DNA of 64,000 bases, taken from assembly GCA_030390025.1 (NCBI GenBank), contig CM059433.1, forward strand, positions 992,001 through 1,056,000, given 5' to 3'. The position numbers and the translations under genes are program-made. The stretch's first letter is position 1, and each line of letters starts with the position of its first letter. Origin of the DNA: Squalus acanthias (lineage: Eukaryota). Below are positions 38,017 to 51,000 of this stretch, one piece after another. The notes under the pieces are model-generated. The model saw only the letters and a list, made by a program, of their open reading frames with translations, did no database searches and was not told the DNA's origin.

Positions 38017-38160
38017 GGGGTAGATTTTTTGTCTTTGCCACACGGGTGATGATCTAGTGGAGCAGATTGCCTGCCTATTATAGAACCTGCCCCATTTTCA
38101 TTCCACTGTTTTCAATTCCACCCAATTACTGCCCCTTCAGTGAAGACGGAAATTTGCCCC
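38017..38160. mobile_element. Small old Harbinger-type MITE
   Basis: Ends GGGGTAGATTT / AAATTTGCCCC; flanks ATA / AGA. Confidence 0.55.
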
Positions 38161-38610
38161 AGAAATTCCGGACACAGACAGCACTGAATTGCTCATCAGC
38201 ATTTGCAAGTGACCTGCAATGATTAGTTACTGATAAATGAGTGCAGTAATAATTTAAAATTGCTAAACTCACTCCCCAATAGCTCAAGGGGTAAATGTAT
38301 TGTGTGGTGTGTTACTGAGTCATGCAGAGAAAAGCTCCAGCTTCAATCCCTAGCCTGTGCGGAGCTACATGAGCTAAAACGGGGCTGGAATGCAGCATTA
38401 TAGTTGACATGAGTATAATGGACAAGCTGGAGAGAGGGGACAGCAGTCACAGTTCCCATTGCTGATCCAAATTCAATGATTCTTCCCGGAAAGCGTATGT
38501 CTCTGGACGGCATGTGAGCTTGGTTTTAAACTTGCCCGCCAATACTTTTTGCCCAGACTCACAAATGAGAAGTGACTTAGTGAGCCAATTATTGGTGCCT
38601 GTGGAACCAT

Positions 38611-38705
38611 ACAACAGAAAGTGCTGGAAACACTCGGCAGGTCAGGCAGCATCGAGGAGAGGGAAACAGAGTCAACGTTTCGGGTCGAACCCTTCGTCAG
38701 AACAG
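38611..38705 (-). mobile_element. Second Penelope-type terminal-repeat fragment, with a hammerhead motif at ~38670-38704
   Basis: Minus strand: GTT-CTGACGA-A-GGGT(TCG)ACCC-GAAA-CGTT-GAC. Confidence 0.65.
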
Positions 38706-39771
38706 TATGTGTTACTGTCTTCAGGGGACAAAGGGTGAAAAATAAAAAAATAAATCTTTTATACCAAAAGAAAAATAACCTTCCACGTTTTCACCTGACA
38801 ATGTTTTACTCAGCCTTCCTTTAGTGTTCTGTACATGGCTCCTTGGCTTCACTTCTGTAAGGAGGTGATTTATCATTAATGGAATGTTTCCCTCAGGATT
38901 CTTTTTAAATTGACTAACACACTGCAGTACGAATTTAGAAGAGCCTTTGATTAATTGACTGCAGCTTTTTTAAAAATCATTTGATCCACTATTCATACAT
39001 TTTGCTTGGCAGCATCCACGAGCAAATTGATGATCAAATAAAACCATCTGTGCAGAGATTTGAACTCTAACAGTGCCTCATTATGGAAGATTAAGCATTA
39101 AGGAGTGTTTTAAGCAAGGAACCTTTATTGTTAGGAGGTGTCGTTATGGATTGTGAAAATAAAAGTAGACACTGTGGTTGCTTATTTCATTCTCCTTTAC
39201 TAAGAAAATAATGGCAGCTTTTGTCATTTTAATTTAAAGTAATTGATTTATCAATATTTTATTTACTTCATTGTCTGCCATTTTCTCTGGTATTTTTATT
39301 GCTTATGTGATGGTGCGCTGTTGTGTTTCAGCAGTAGAGGTGAGAAACAGGGAATGTTGGAGTTAATAATAGGAATGAGAATTCAGGTTTCTTTGGGAAT
39401 TGGCTTTATTTTTTATTTTGAAAGTCCTAATGTTGATGAAATGGATGCTTTAATCCTGCTAGCCAATGTGTAAATCTCCCTAGACTATCATTAAATTTAA
39501 GGATCCTGCCATCCAGAAGCCTCCTTGTGTCCCTCCATGGCTGATGAACCTGAGGATCTGAACCTTACGGGATCTGCTTTATAAGCATCCAGCATTGATG
39601 TAGTCATTGAGGACCCATGCTAAGCAGTGTGCCAGAGGAGTCTGCTAGCTACATATACACAGCCTTGCATGTAGTGCGTGTTAATTGTAGGAAAATTGAG
39701 AGTAAAACCCACCTTGCCAGAGGTCCCAAGGCTATTTTGTGATTCTCCCACAGATACTCCAACTTATGTTG

Positions 39772-40190
39772 CAGCTCAGTGGAAGCATTGTCACCTGTGA
39801 GTCAGTTGGTCAGTGGTTTATGTCCCGCTCCAGAGACTGAAGCATGTGATCTGGTCTGACACTTCAGTGCAGAACAGTCTTGCACTGTCGGAGGTGCCGT
39901 CCTTCGGATGAGATGTTAAACCAAGGCCCTGTCTGCCCTCTCAGGTGGATGTAAAAGATCCTATGACACTATTTTAAGAAGAGCAGGAGAGTTTTCACAG
40001 TGTCCTGGCCAGCATTTATCCCTCACTCAACATCACTAAAATAGATTGCCTAATCATTTATCTTGTTGCTATTTGTGGGATCTTGCTTCCTACATTACAT
40101 CAGTGATTACACTTCAAAGGTAATTAATTGGCTGTGAAGTACTTTGGGATTTCCTAGTGATGTGAGATACACATTATAATGCAAGTTAGT
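39772..40190 (+). mobile_element. Diverged Deu-type SINE
   Basis: Colinear with the 24066 copy. Confidence 0.8.
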
Positions 40191-40272
40191 TCTTCCTTTC
40201 TTTCTTTTCTTTCCTTCCTTTCTTTCTTTTCTTTCCTTTCTTTCTTTCTTTCTTTCCTTTCTTTCCTTCCTC
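40190..40272 (+). repeat. (TTTC)n/(TTCC)n microsatellite at the SINE tail
   Basis: Directly visible. Confidence 0.85.
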
Positions 40273-41296
40273 ATCCTATCCTGTGCTATATAGTTAGAGA
40301 AATGAATGATGCAGGCTGGCACTAAATCACCATAGACCAGATTTTCCACCTTCCTCCAGCTAAGCCATAGGGATTGGATGCTCCACATAAGATACCCAGA
40401 TAATAAACACCAAAAGAAAATGTAAGATTTTTATTCTACCTTCTGTTGCTTTGGCTCCAGCTCTTAGTTTGTGTGACAAAAAGAAACATTTTCATCTAAG
40501 ATGTAGCATGGTAGTTGGTTCTTTAATTCTGTCAAAGTACATAAGGAAGTAAAAACAGCTTTACTCACAGAAATTAAAATGTCTTTGCTCATATTGACAC
40601 TCGTTGCAAATATCTGAAGGAGGGTCCAAGCTATTCAGTTCAGATATAAACATCTTATAGAATTGGTTCAAATATATACATACACATAATACTGGCTGCT
40701 CTTTTTGCGTTCAGCAGTTACTCAAATTTGCTCGGTCCTGATATTTCATGCCTATCTGGTTTAAACTGGAGAGTCTGTCTTCAGCCTTCAGAGAGCGATG
40801 GTCAAACCAGAGAGATTTTGTGGATGATAAAAAAAGAATCATGACATAAGAAATGTACATTATAGGTTAATGCAACAGTCATGACTATTTGTTATTTTCT
40901 ACTTACTTGAGGAGACAGTTTAAAAACGATCGCAAAATCTACAGTGTGTCACTGCTATGGTTCACCTTCTCTTTTACTGCTTAATAAATTTGTTTGGCAG
41001 TTAAAGCCTAAGTCATAGTCTGGTGTAGTGTTATTCCGCTACCTTCCAGAGACAAGGAAGATCATGTGAGGGCATGCGATAAACCAGCAAGCCGAAACAA
41101 AATGAAAAATGTTCTCTGTTCAATGCCTGGGACATAGGGGGCAAGACCTTCCACTGCAGTAATGCCAGCTACACAACATCATTCCAGTGGAATGTGGTAG
41201 AAAAGTTTTTGGGAAGCATTCTGTCACTTCTGGGCTTTCTGCCTGAAGCAACATATGTGCAGGCGTGTTATAATTAGATACCAAGGCCACGATTCT

Positions 41297-44045
41297 GCAG
41301 TTTACCCGGGCCAGATCCGTTCTCATCCCACTGAAATTGGCCATCCCCCAGTTAAACATTTTTACTCTAGATTGCTCCCTGTCCTTTTCCATAGCTAATC
41401 TAAACCTTCTGATATTATGATCACTGTTCCCTAAATGTGCACCTACTGACACTTGCTCCACTTGACCTACCTCATTCCCCAGAACCAGATCCAGCTATGC
41501 CTCCTCCCTTGTTGGGCCAGAAACATACTGATCAAGAAAATTCTCCTGAACACACTTGAGAAATTCTTCCCCTTCTCTGCCCTTTACACTTTTACTATCC
41601 CAGTCTATATTAGGATAGTTGAAGGCCCCCATTATCGCCACTCTATAGTTCTTGCATCTCTCTGTAATTTCTCTGCAGATTTGCTCCTCCATATTTTTCC
41701 CACTAGTTGGTGGCCCATAGAATACACCTAGTAGTGTAATGGCACCTCTATTATTTCTTCACTCTAACCATGTAGATTCTGTCCTTGACCCCTCCAGGAC
41801 ATCCTCCCTCTCCATCACTGTAACATTCTCCTTAACCAATACTGCCACATCACCTCCTATCTTTCCTTCCCTATCTTTCCTGAACACCTTATAACCAGGA
41901 ATATTTAATACCCAATCCTGCCCTTTTTTGGTCTCAGTTACTGCCACAACATCATATTCCCATGTGGCTATTTGTGCCTGAAGCTCACTTACCTTGTTTA
42001 TTATGCTTCATGCATTCACATACATACACTGTAAACCCATCTTAGACCATCCTGTATTCTCTCTTAGTTGGACTCCACCTTACTATTTCTTACTTTAGTG
42101 CTCTCTGCCTCTTCCAATCCTTTGAGCACTTTATTTCCCCTTTCTAATGTTACATCCTGGTGCCCATCCCCCTGCCAAATTAGTTTAAACCCTCCCCAAC
42201 TGCACTGGCAAACCTCCCCGTGAGGATATTGGTTCCGGACCAGTTGAGGTGCAACCCGTCCGGCCTGTACAGGTCCCACCTCCCCCAGGACCGGTCCCAA
42301 TGCCCCAGGAATCGGAAGCCCTCCCTCCTGCACCATCTCTCCAGCCACGCATTCATCTGCTCTATCCTCCTATTTCTATACTCACTAGCGCGTGGCACCG
42401 GGAGTAATCCGGAGATTACTACCTTTGAGGTCCTGCTTTTTAATCTCTTTCCTAGCTCCCTAAAATCTGCCTGCAGGACCACATCCCTCTTTCTACCTAT
42501 GTCGTTGGTCCCGATGTGGACCACGACCTCTGGCTGTTCACCCTCCCCCCTCAGAATGTCCTGCAGCCGCTCAGTTACATCCTTGACCCTGGCACCAGGG
42601 AGGCAACATAGCATCCTGGAGTCATGTCTGCGGCCGCAGAAACGTCTGTCTGCTCCCCTGACTATCGAATCCCTTACCACTATTGCTCTTCCACTCTTCT
42701 TCCTCCCCCCTTGTACAGCTGAGCCACCCATGGTGCCGTGGACTTTGCTCTGGCTGTACTCTCCAGAGGAACCATCGCCCTCACCAGTACTCAGACCGAA
42801 TACTGTTGGCGAGCGAGATGCACTCAGGGGACTCCTGCCCTACCTGCCTGGTCCTCCTGTTCTGTCCGGCGGTCACCCATTCCCTCTCTGCCTGCGCACT
42901 CTTACACTGTGGGGTGACCACCTCCTGAAACGTGCTGTCCACAAAGCTCTCAGCTTCACGGATGCAAAGCAGTGACACCAGTTGCTGTTGAAGCTCCAAA
43001 ACCCGGAGCTCGAGCTCCTCCAGCTGATGACACCTCCTGCATACGTGGTTGTCCAGGACATGGGAAGCATCCTGGATTTCCCACATGGTACAGGATGTGC
43101 ATTCTGCGGGACTGAGGTGTCCTGCTATGTCTTTATTTAATAGACCATTAACTAACCTACAGAAATAAACTTAAGACTAAGGGCTAGAAATTCTCCTTGT
43201 TTGAGCCTCCGGTGGGAGGCGCTAACGGGGCGCAAATGGCTTTTTGCCACCCCCGAGGCGATAACCGCGCCTCCCGCGAAATTCCGCGGGATGTTAGCGG
43301 CGGCGCTACCGGGTATTGCCCCGATCTTCTGCGCCCGGAGATCATGACGTCATCTCCGAGCGCCTTGGAAGAAAGGTTCCCCCTCGCGCTCCGCAGCAGT
43401 GGCGGGCGATGTTACCGACTGCTGCAGGGGTTGCGGACAGTGAGGCTGGCCGCTCGCGGGGCCCATTTAAAGGCGCGGTGGGCGGCCAACATGAAAAAAA
43501 ATTGCCGATTAAAAAAAAAAAATTCTGAGCAGCGGACGCGGGCTGAATGCCGGACAGACCGCGCGGCACTCCCGCACCCTGGTGCTCCAGGACCTCATCC
43601 CTCTTTCTACCTATGTCGTTGGAGCAAAAAAATGGGAATTTCTCAAATGTTTCGAAAGGTTAGCGCCTGCCTCTAACTTTTCAAACATTTTTGACTTAGC
43701 GCCCCAAATGGCCCTCGAGGGGAATTTCTCCCCTAAGAGTCTTAACAGTCGGGCCTACCTTTATCTCCGGCTGCTTCTCTCGCTCTCTTAGTTAAAGTCT
43801 TTATTCACACGATTATCTATAGTTTTATTAATTAGTTTCTCTAGTTATGTTAGAGAGAATAAAACACTAATACTCACCCACCAATCACCTACCTGCATTC
43901 CTGTAACATCACTCCTTGCTTTTGCTGTCCTCGGGCCCCGCGCTCTTTATCCTGTGATTCCGACTCTGCTTCCGATTCCTTTCAGTCCGCTGTCCTCAGG
44001 CCCCGCGCTCTTTATCCTGTGTTGCCGTCTCTGCTGCCGATTCTT
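41297..44045 (-). mobile_element. 5' half of a CR1 LINE: 5' UTR with short tandem repeats, ORF1 (zinc finger, coiled coil, SGNH esterase), ORF2 APE endonuclease; 3'-truncated
   Basis: CTMWE...HVCRRC, CCLPGARVKDV, VVHIGTNDIG, DGLHLN; VAVTE, PGYKVFRKDRE, FNYPNIDW, LGNSDHN. Confidence 0.9.
43181..43733. mobile_element. Harbinger-type MITE inserted in the CR1 5' region
   Basis: Ends GGGCTAGAAATTC / GAATTTCTCCCC; TSD TAA. Confidence 0.85.
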
Positions 44046-44639
44046 TTCCTGTGCTGGATGGAAATCCTGCAACAACCAAGATGTGCTGGGATTCTGCCAA
44101 AGCAGAAATTCCCAGCCAGGAAGTGAGGGTTTACCGACGGGCAAAGTCTGAGATGTTGAAACCCCCCCAAGAAAGTATTAGTTTACCATTCACTATGATG
44201 GTGGGAGCAAACAGGTGAGATCCATAGAATCAAATCATTTTACATCACAAGAGGCCATTCAGCCCATCCCACCTCTGCTGACTCTCTGAAAGAGAATGCA
44301 CTTAGTTCCAATCTCTTGCCCTTTCCCCATAACCTTTTCATTTCTTCTTTTTTAATATTTATCCACTGCTCTTGGAGAAGCTGCTGTGATTTGTGTGGCA
44401 TTGATTGTACACTCATGAGCCTCTTTTTTTTCAACGTTTATGCACTAATGGCAATTTTGTGTCATCATGCAGCCCTGCATAGGTGTCAATAGAGACTGCT
44501 TTTGAAAGCAATGACGCCTAGCAACTACAGCAAATGATTCCCCTGGCACTGGTGCAAGTCCTCAGGGTTCAAATAAAATTGTTGGTAGCCGCACAAATGG
44601 CTAAAAGTGTAAAGCCAATGATTACTGTAGAGTAATATC

Positions 44640-44990
44640 CTTAATGGAGTGATGGCAAAGTGGTTGATTCCTCTGACGTTTCCTGTAGTGCTTAGACAGA
44701 ACCTGTGGCATAAAAGTTGAGGGTAGTGGTGACCTTCATTGCCATTGAAAGTAGATTCCAGATGGTTAACTATTCCTGCAGGTCTTCATAGAGCAGGTTG
44801 CACACATCAGTCTCAGCTTCCCTGCTGAGCCTGAGCCTCATCGCATATTGCTCCTCCATCATATCCAGGCAGCTAAATCTGTCACACCACATCTGCTGTT
44901 TGGGGTAGTTGTTCTACAAGCCATGTGCCTCCTATTCCCTCCGCCATCTTGAGTTGCCTTCTCTTCTGCTCCTCCTGCTCTATGAGATAA
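44640..44990 (-). pseudogene. Old Harbinger transposase N-terminal remnant
   Basis: My translation SCLDMMEEQYAMRLRLSREAETDVCNLLYEDLQ...MAMKVTTTLNFYATGS parallels [16 protein letters not shown] at ~8250. Confidence 0.7.
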
Positions 44991-45679
44991 GATGAGGTGG
45001 TCAGCGTGATATGGGGCTGAAAACTCTTTTTAACTATTCATTACTGTCAGCGGTGTGGCACTGCTTTGAAATATCGCCCTTCATTCAACTGATTAATGGC
45101 AGTTAAGATCTAGAATTCAGAACGCTATTTTCATTACTAATGTCCTCCCTCCCTTATCCTTACCATGTAATTCTACATGAATTTGTTCTTGAATGGCCTT
45201 TAACAAGATCTTAATTGGCCTTATCCAGCTAATTCTTCCTGCTAATTTCAAGAATACATCTTAACATGGACCAATCCTGAGTAGGAGTATGAGTGGATAA
45301 AAAGTGTGTCTTCATGTCTTGTTCCAAATTCTAATTCAAAATTAACACGGAGAGGCAGATATCACCCACCTGTCTTCTTCTGCTTGTCAATATAACAAAG
45401 TGCAGCATTTCATCATGGGAGGATTATTATCTTGGCATTTTATTAAGAAAGTAAAACCGCAACCTACCAAAATCAGAGCTAGACGGACATATAAAATGAA
45501 CATTAAAAACATTAATAAGACTGTTATTAACTGATCTCCTTGATTCTCAGACACAGAACTTAGACAACTGTCAATATTAAGTCCACAGACAAAAATGGAG
45601 GTGCACCAAATTGCGTTGGTGTGCTGGTATCAAATGACATCGCACCTATGGAATATGGCACACCATGGCAAAACTTTAG

Positions 45680-46060
45680 CAAGAAAGAAAGACTTGCATT
45701 TATATAGCACCTTGCACTATCTCAGGATGTACCAAAGCTCTTCAGATAAGACGTTAAACCGAGGCCTCGTCTGCTCTCTCAGGTGGACATAAAAAATCCC
45801 ATGGCACTATTTTGAAGAAGAGCAGGGGAGTTATCCCCGGTGTCCTGGCCAATATTTATCCCTCAATCAACATCTAAAAAAAAGATTATCTGGTCATTAG
45901 CACATTGCTGTTTGTGGGAGCTTGCTGTGTGCAATTGGCTGCTGCGTTTCCTACATTACAACAGTGACTACACTTCAAAAAGTACTTCATTGGCTGTAAA
46001 GCGCTTTGGGACATCCAGTGGTCGTGAAAGGCGCTATATAAATGCAAGTCTTTCTTTCTT
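45680..46060 (+). mobile_element. Deu-type SINE 3' half, preceded by an inverted tail fragment
   Basis: 45740-46060 matches 24375-24680; 45680-45738 is a reverse-orientation tail. Confidence 0.82.
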
Positions 46061-46448
46061 TACAGCCATTTAAGTACTTTTGAAGTGTAGTTACTGTTAT
46101 AATGTAGTAAATGTGGCAGCCAATATGCGTGCAGCAAGCTCCCACAAACAGCAATGTGAAAATGACCAGATAATTTGTTTTAGTGATATTGGTTGAGGGA
46201 TAAATATTGACCCCAGGACATCGGGGATAACTCCCCTGCTCTTGTTTGAAATAGTGCCATGGGATCTTTTACATCCACCTGAGAGAGCAGACGGGACTTC
46301 GGTTTAATGTCTCATCCCAAAGACGGCACCTCCGACTCAGTACTGAACTGAATTGTCAGCCTGGATTATGTGCTCAAGTCTCGGAGTGGGGCTTAAACAC
46401 AACCTTCTGATTCAGAGACAAGAGTGCTACCACTGAGCCACAGCTGAC
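46061..46448 (-). mobile_element. Deu-type SINE, tail-to-tail with the previous copy
   Basis: Reverse complement of the SINE body and tRNA head. Confidence 0.85.
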
Positions 46449-46569
46449 AGCGGGGATAGATTTTCACTACAACCGTATCATGCAAGAAATTGTGAGACTT
46501 AGCCCATCGATGTGACTATCGATGTGCTTTGTTTACAACTATTTACTTGAAATCTGAAATGTACTCTTT

Positions 46570-46900
46570 AACATTCTCTTGCTCTCTCATTCCTCCTTTT
46601 TTAAATCTCATTAGCCCTCATTCCTCTCTCTTTCATACATTTCCTCTCTCATGTTGCTTTTTTCTCTTCATAATCCATTTCTCTCATTTTCTGTCATCCA
46701 CTCTCTTTCCCCATCTCTCCCACACTCTCCCACAGTCCATTCCTGTCTCTCATTCCCTTTTTCCTCTCTCATATTCCCTCCTTGTTTCTCATTCCCTCTT
46801 TCTTCCTCTTTTCCTCTTCTTTCATTCTCTCATTCCCTCTTTCTGTGCCTCTCATTCTCTCTCCAGCTCCTTCTCTTACTCCCTCCCGCTCTCTTTTATG
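46570..46900 (+). repeat. CT-rich low-complexity tract
   Basis: Polypyrimidine composition. Confidence 0.8.
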
Positions 46901-47349
46901 CCTGCTTAATTTGAATATTTGCATTATGATCAGTGGTACAAAAACAATACATTCACAAAACACCACAGCACATCAGTGGGTAATAGATGATTGAGCTTCT
47001 GTCATTCTACAACAGGTGTGATAGAAGAAGAATGGACATTATTGTTCAGCCAGTTTATTGGGGATATTGATGAGAGATTCAACTGCTCAGTAAATGTTTA
47101 GTTTCCATTGTTAAGCAACAATAGCTGTTGGTCTCTTCATCACATTTAAATACAAGTTAAAATCTGGCTTGTCTGTATTGGTGTTATTTAAATCTGATTT
47201 GCTTTACAGTACTTGCATAGGATATCTAATTACTGTCCAACACACGCTCTCTATTCTCTAGGGCTCAGCCATCAGCAGAGTACAAAAGTATAATTGAATC
47301 AATTTTTGTATTTGGGAGCAGATCAAAAAACTATTATTAGATTGGTAGG

Positions 47350-47455
47350 AATAAAAAACAGAAAATCCTGGAAACGCTCAGGACGTCAGGCAGCTTCTGT
47401 AGAGAGAGAAACAGGGTTAATGTTTCAGGTCAGTAACCTTTCACCAGACTGGCAG
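47350..47455 (-). mobile_element. Decayed Penelope-type terminal-repeat fragment (38611 family)
   Basis: AAACAGAAAATCCTGGAAACGCTCAGGACGTCAGGCAGC; decayed hammerhead CTGGTGA-A-AGGT(TACTG)ACCT-GAAA-CATT. Confidence 0.55.
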
Positions 47456-47624
47456 TGATTAGATTAGATTGGCATTGTTGTTCTCTGGTAACAGAATCAT
47501 TTCCAACATTTAATAATGTCCAAAACTCAAGATACTTTCAGCACAAACAGAATTCGAAGCTATAGTATAAACGGCCTATGGCTGAAGCGGCTCTTTGAAT
47601 GCTTTGTTGAGTTGCCTTGCCCAT

Positions 47625-48837
47625 GCAATCTGTTAGAGTTTTTTGAAGTTGTAACTAGTAGGATGGATAAGAGGGAACCAGTGGATGTAGTGTATTTGAA
47701 TTTTCAAAAAGCATTTGATAAGGTGCCACACAAGAGGTTATTACACAAAATTAGGACTCATGAGATTGGGGGTAATATACTAGCATGGATTGAGGATTGG
47801 TTAATGGACAGAAAACAGAGAGCAGGAATAAACAGGACTTTTTCGGGTTGGCAGGCTGTAACTAGTGGGGTTTCGCAAGGATCAGTGCTGGGGCCTCAGC
47901 TATTTACAATCTATATTAATGACTTAGATGAAGGGACTGAGTGTAATGTATCCAAGTTTGCTGATGATACAAAGTTAGGTGGGAAATAGATAAGTTAAGT
48001 GAGTGGGCAAACATTTGGCAGATGGAGTATAATGTGGGAAAATGTGGGGTTATCCACTTTGGTAGGAAGAATAAAAAAGCCAAATATTATTTAAATGGAG
48101 AGAGATTACAAAATGCTGCGGTACAGAGGGATCTGGGTGTCATCGTACATGAAACACAAAAAGTTAGCATGCAGGTACAGCAAGTAATTAGGAAGGCAAA
48201 TAGAATGTTGGCCTTTATTGCAAGGGGGATGGAGTATAAAAGTAGGGAAGTCTTGCTACAACTGTACAGGGCGTTGGTGAGACCTGCGTACAGTTTTGGT
48301 CTCCTTATATAAGGAGGGATATACTTGCATTGGAGGCAGTTCAGAGAAGGTTCATGAGGTTGATTCCTGAGTTGAAGGGGTTGTCTTATGAGGAAAGGTT
48401 GAGCAGGTTGGGCCTATACTCATTGGAGTTTAGAAGAATGAGAGGTGATCTTATTGAAACATATAAGATTCTGAGGGGGCTTGACAGGGTAGATGCAGGG
48501 AGGATGTTTCCCCTTGTGGGGGAATCTAGAACTAGGGGGCATATTTCAGAATAAGGGGTCGCCCATTTAAAACGGAGATGAGGAGGAATTTCTTCTCTCA
48601 GAGGGTCGTGAATCTTTGGAATTCTCTGCCCCAGAGAGCTGTGGAGGCAGAGCCATTGACTATATTCAAGGCGGAGATAGACAGATTTTTGAAAAACAGG
48701 GGAGTCAAGTATTATGGGGAGCGGGCAGGAAAGTGGAGTTGAGGCCAAGATCAGATCAGCCATGATCTTATTGAATCGCGGAGCAGGCTCGAGGGGCCGA
48801 ATGGCCGACTCCTGCTCCTATTTCTTATGTTCTTATG
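47625..48837 (+). mobile_element. 5'-truncated CR1 LINE (RT to 3' tail) with small deletions
   Basis: [32 protein letters not shown]; tail TTCTTATGTTCTTATG. Confidence 0.93.
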
Positions 48838-49738
48838 AAAGTAAGCTGTGAGGAGGACGCAGAAGCTGCAGAGAGATATAGACAGATTGACTGAGTGGGC
48901 AAGAACATGGCAAATGGAATACAATGTGGGAAGTGGGAAGTTATCCACTTTGATAGGAACAACAAAAAAGCAGAATATTTTTTGAATGGTGAGAGACTGG
49001 GAAATGTTGGTGTTCAGAGGGACCTGGGTGTCTTTGTGCATGAATCACAGAAAGTTAACATGCAGGTACAGCAAGCAATTGGGAAAGCAAATGGTATGTT
49101 AGCTTTTGTTACAAAGGGATTAGTGTATAAGAGTAAAGAAGTCTTACTACAATTATACAGGGCATTGGTGAGGCCACACCTGGAGTACTATGTACAGTTC
49201 TGGTCTCCTTACCTAAGGAAAGACACACTTGCCTTAGAGGGAGTGCAACGAAGGTTCACTAGACAGGTTCCTAGGATGAGGGGATTGCCCTATGAGGAGA
49301 GATTGAGTAGACTAGGCTTATATTCCCTGGAGTTTAGAAGAATGAGAGGTGATCTAATTGAAACCTATAAAATTCTTAAGGGGTTTGACAGGGTTAATGC
49401 TGAGAAAATGCTTCCCCTGGGTAGGGAATCTAGAACACGGGGTCACAGTCTCAGAATAAGGGGTCGGCCATTTAGGATTGAGATGAGGATAAATTTCTTC
49501 ACTCAGAGGGTTGTGAATCTTTTGAATTCTCGACCCCAGAGAGCTGTGGATGCTCAGTCGTTGAGTATATTCAAGACAGAGATCGATAAATTTTTGGGAA
49601 CTAAGGGAATCAAGGGATATGAGGATAGTGCAGGAAGGTGGAGTTGAGGTAGAAGATCAGCCATGATCTTGTTGAATGGCGGAGCAGGATCGAAGGGCCA
49701 AATGGCCTATTCCTGCTCCTATTTCTTATGTTCTTATG
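48838..49738 (+). mobile_element. Second 5'-truncated CR1 abutting the first copy's tail
   Basis: ORF 48895-49647; its own 3' UTR and tail. Confidence 0.93.
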
Positions 49739-51000
49739 TTGTTATGCATCCAGTACCTAAGTGGCTGATCGTGTGCTTGTTATACACGTCCCCCATCAGA
49801 ATGAAGTGCATGGGGAGGGCTTCAAAACAAGGCATTCAAAGAGCCACAGAAGTGTCACATGAGGCTCGTTAGCCACTATTGATTTAGAGTTTTAGGATAT
49901 TTACTTTGAACAAATACAAATCCAAGTTCACGGAGTTAATGCGGTGAAGTTTTTGAAGTACAGGGCACATTGGGTGATGTGAATTCTCAGCGGCTGCTGA
50001 AGTATAAATCCATTCATGTTTTCTGATAAAATCTATCTCATGTTTTGTTATCGATACAGTCAGAAATTGTTCAGAGAGGAGCAAGGAGCACATGCCTGAG
50101 GAGGATGGCATGGTACACAGTGTGCACAATGTTGATCATTAAAGGGCAGAATTTCCATAAGAGTTCTTCAGAACTCCTGTTGGAACTTTGGCGAAACCCA
50201 AGAAAAATGGGGTAAACGGCCGTTTATGCTGTTTCTGTGGGGTTGCGATAGAAGATCGAGAGAACCCCCCAGCCCCCAACCAAGTAGCAGGCATAGAGTC
50301 ATAGAGCCATAACGGCACAGAAGGAGGCCATTCGGCCCATTGAGTCCGTGCCGTCTCTCTGCATACATCTTTTATTTTATCAGAAGGAAACCATGATAAT
50401 CTATATCCTAGGGTACTTAAGGAAGTGGCCCTAGAAATAGTAGATGCATTGCTGGTCATCTTCCAAAATCTATAGACTCTGGCACAGTTCCCATGGATTG
50501 GAGGGTAGCTAATGTAACCCCACTATTTAAAAAAGGTGGTAGAGAGAAAATGGGGAATTATAGACCGGTAAGCCTGACATCGGTAGTGGGGAAAATGCTA
50601 GAGTCCATTATAAAAGATGTAATAGCAGAGCACTTGGAAAACAGTGACAGGATCGGACAAAGGTAAATCATGCTTAACTAATCTACTGGAATTTTTTGAG
50701 GATATAACTGGTAGAATAGATAAGGGAGAACCAGTGGATGTGATGTATTTGGACTTTCAGAAGGCTTTCGATAAGGTCCCGCATAAGAGATTAGCGTGCA
50801 AAGTTAAAGCACATGGGATTGGGGGTAAGGTACTGACTTGGATAGAAAACTGGTTGGCAGACAGGAAGCAAAGAGTTGGAATAAACGGGTCTTTTTCCGA
50901 GTGGTAGGCAGTGACTAGTGGGGTACCGCAGGGATCGGTGCTAGGACCCCAGTTATTCACAATATATATTAATGATCTAGACGAGGGAACTAGATGTAAT

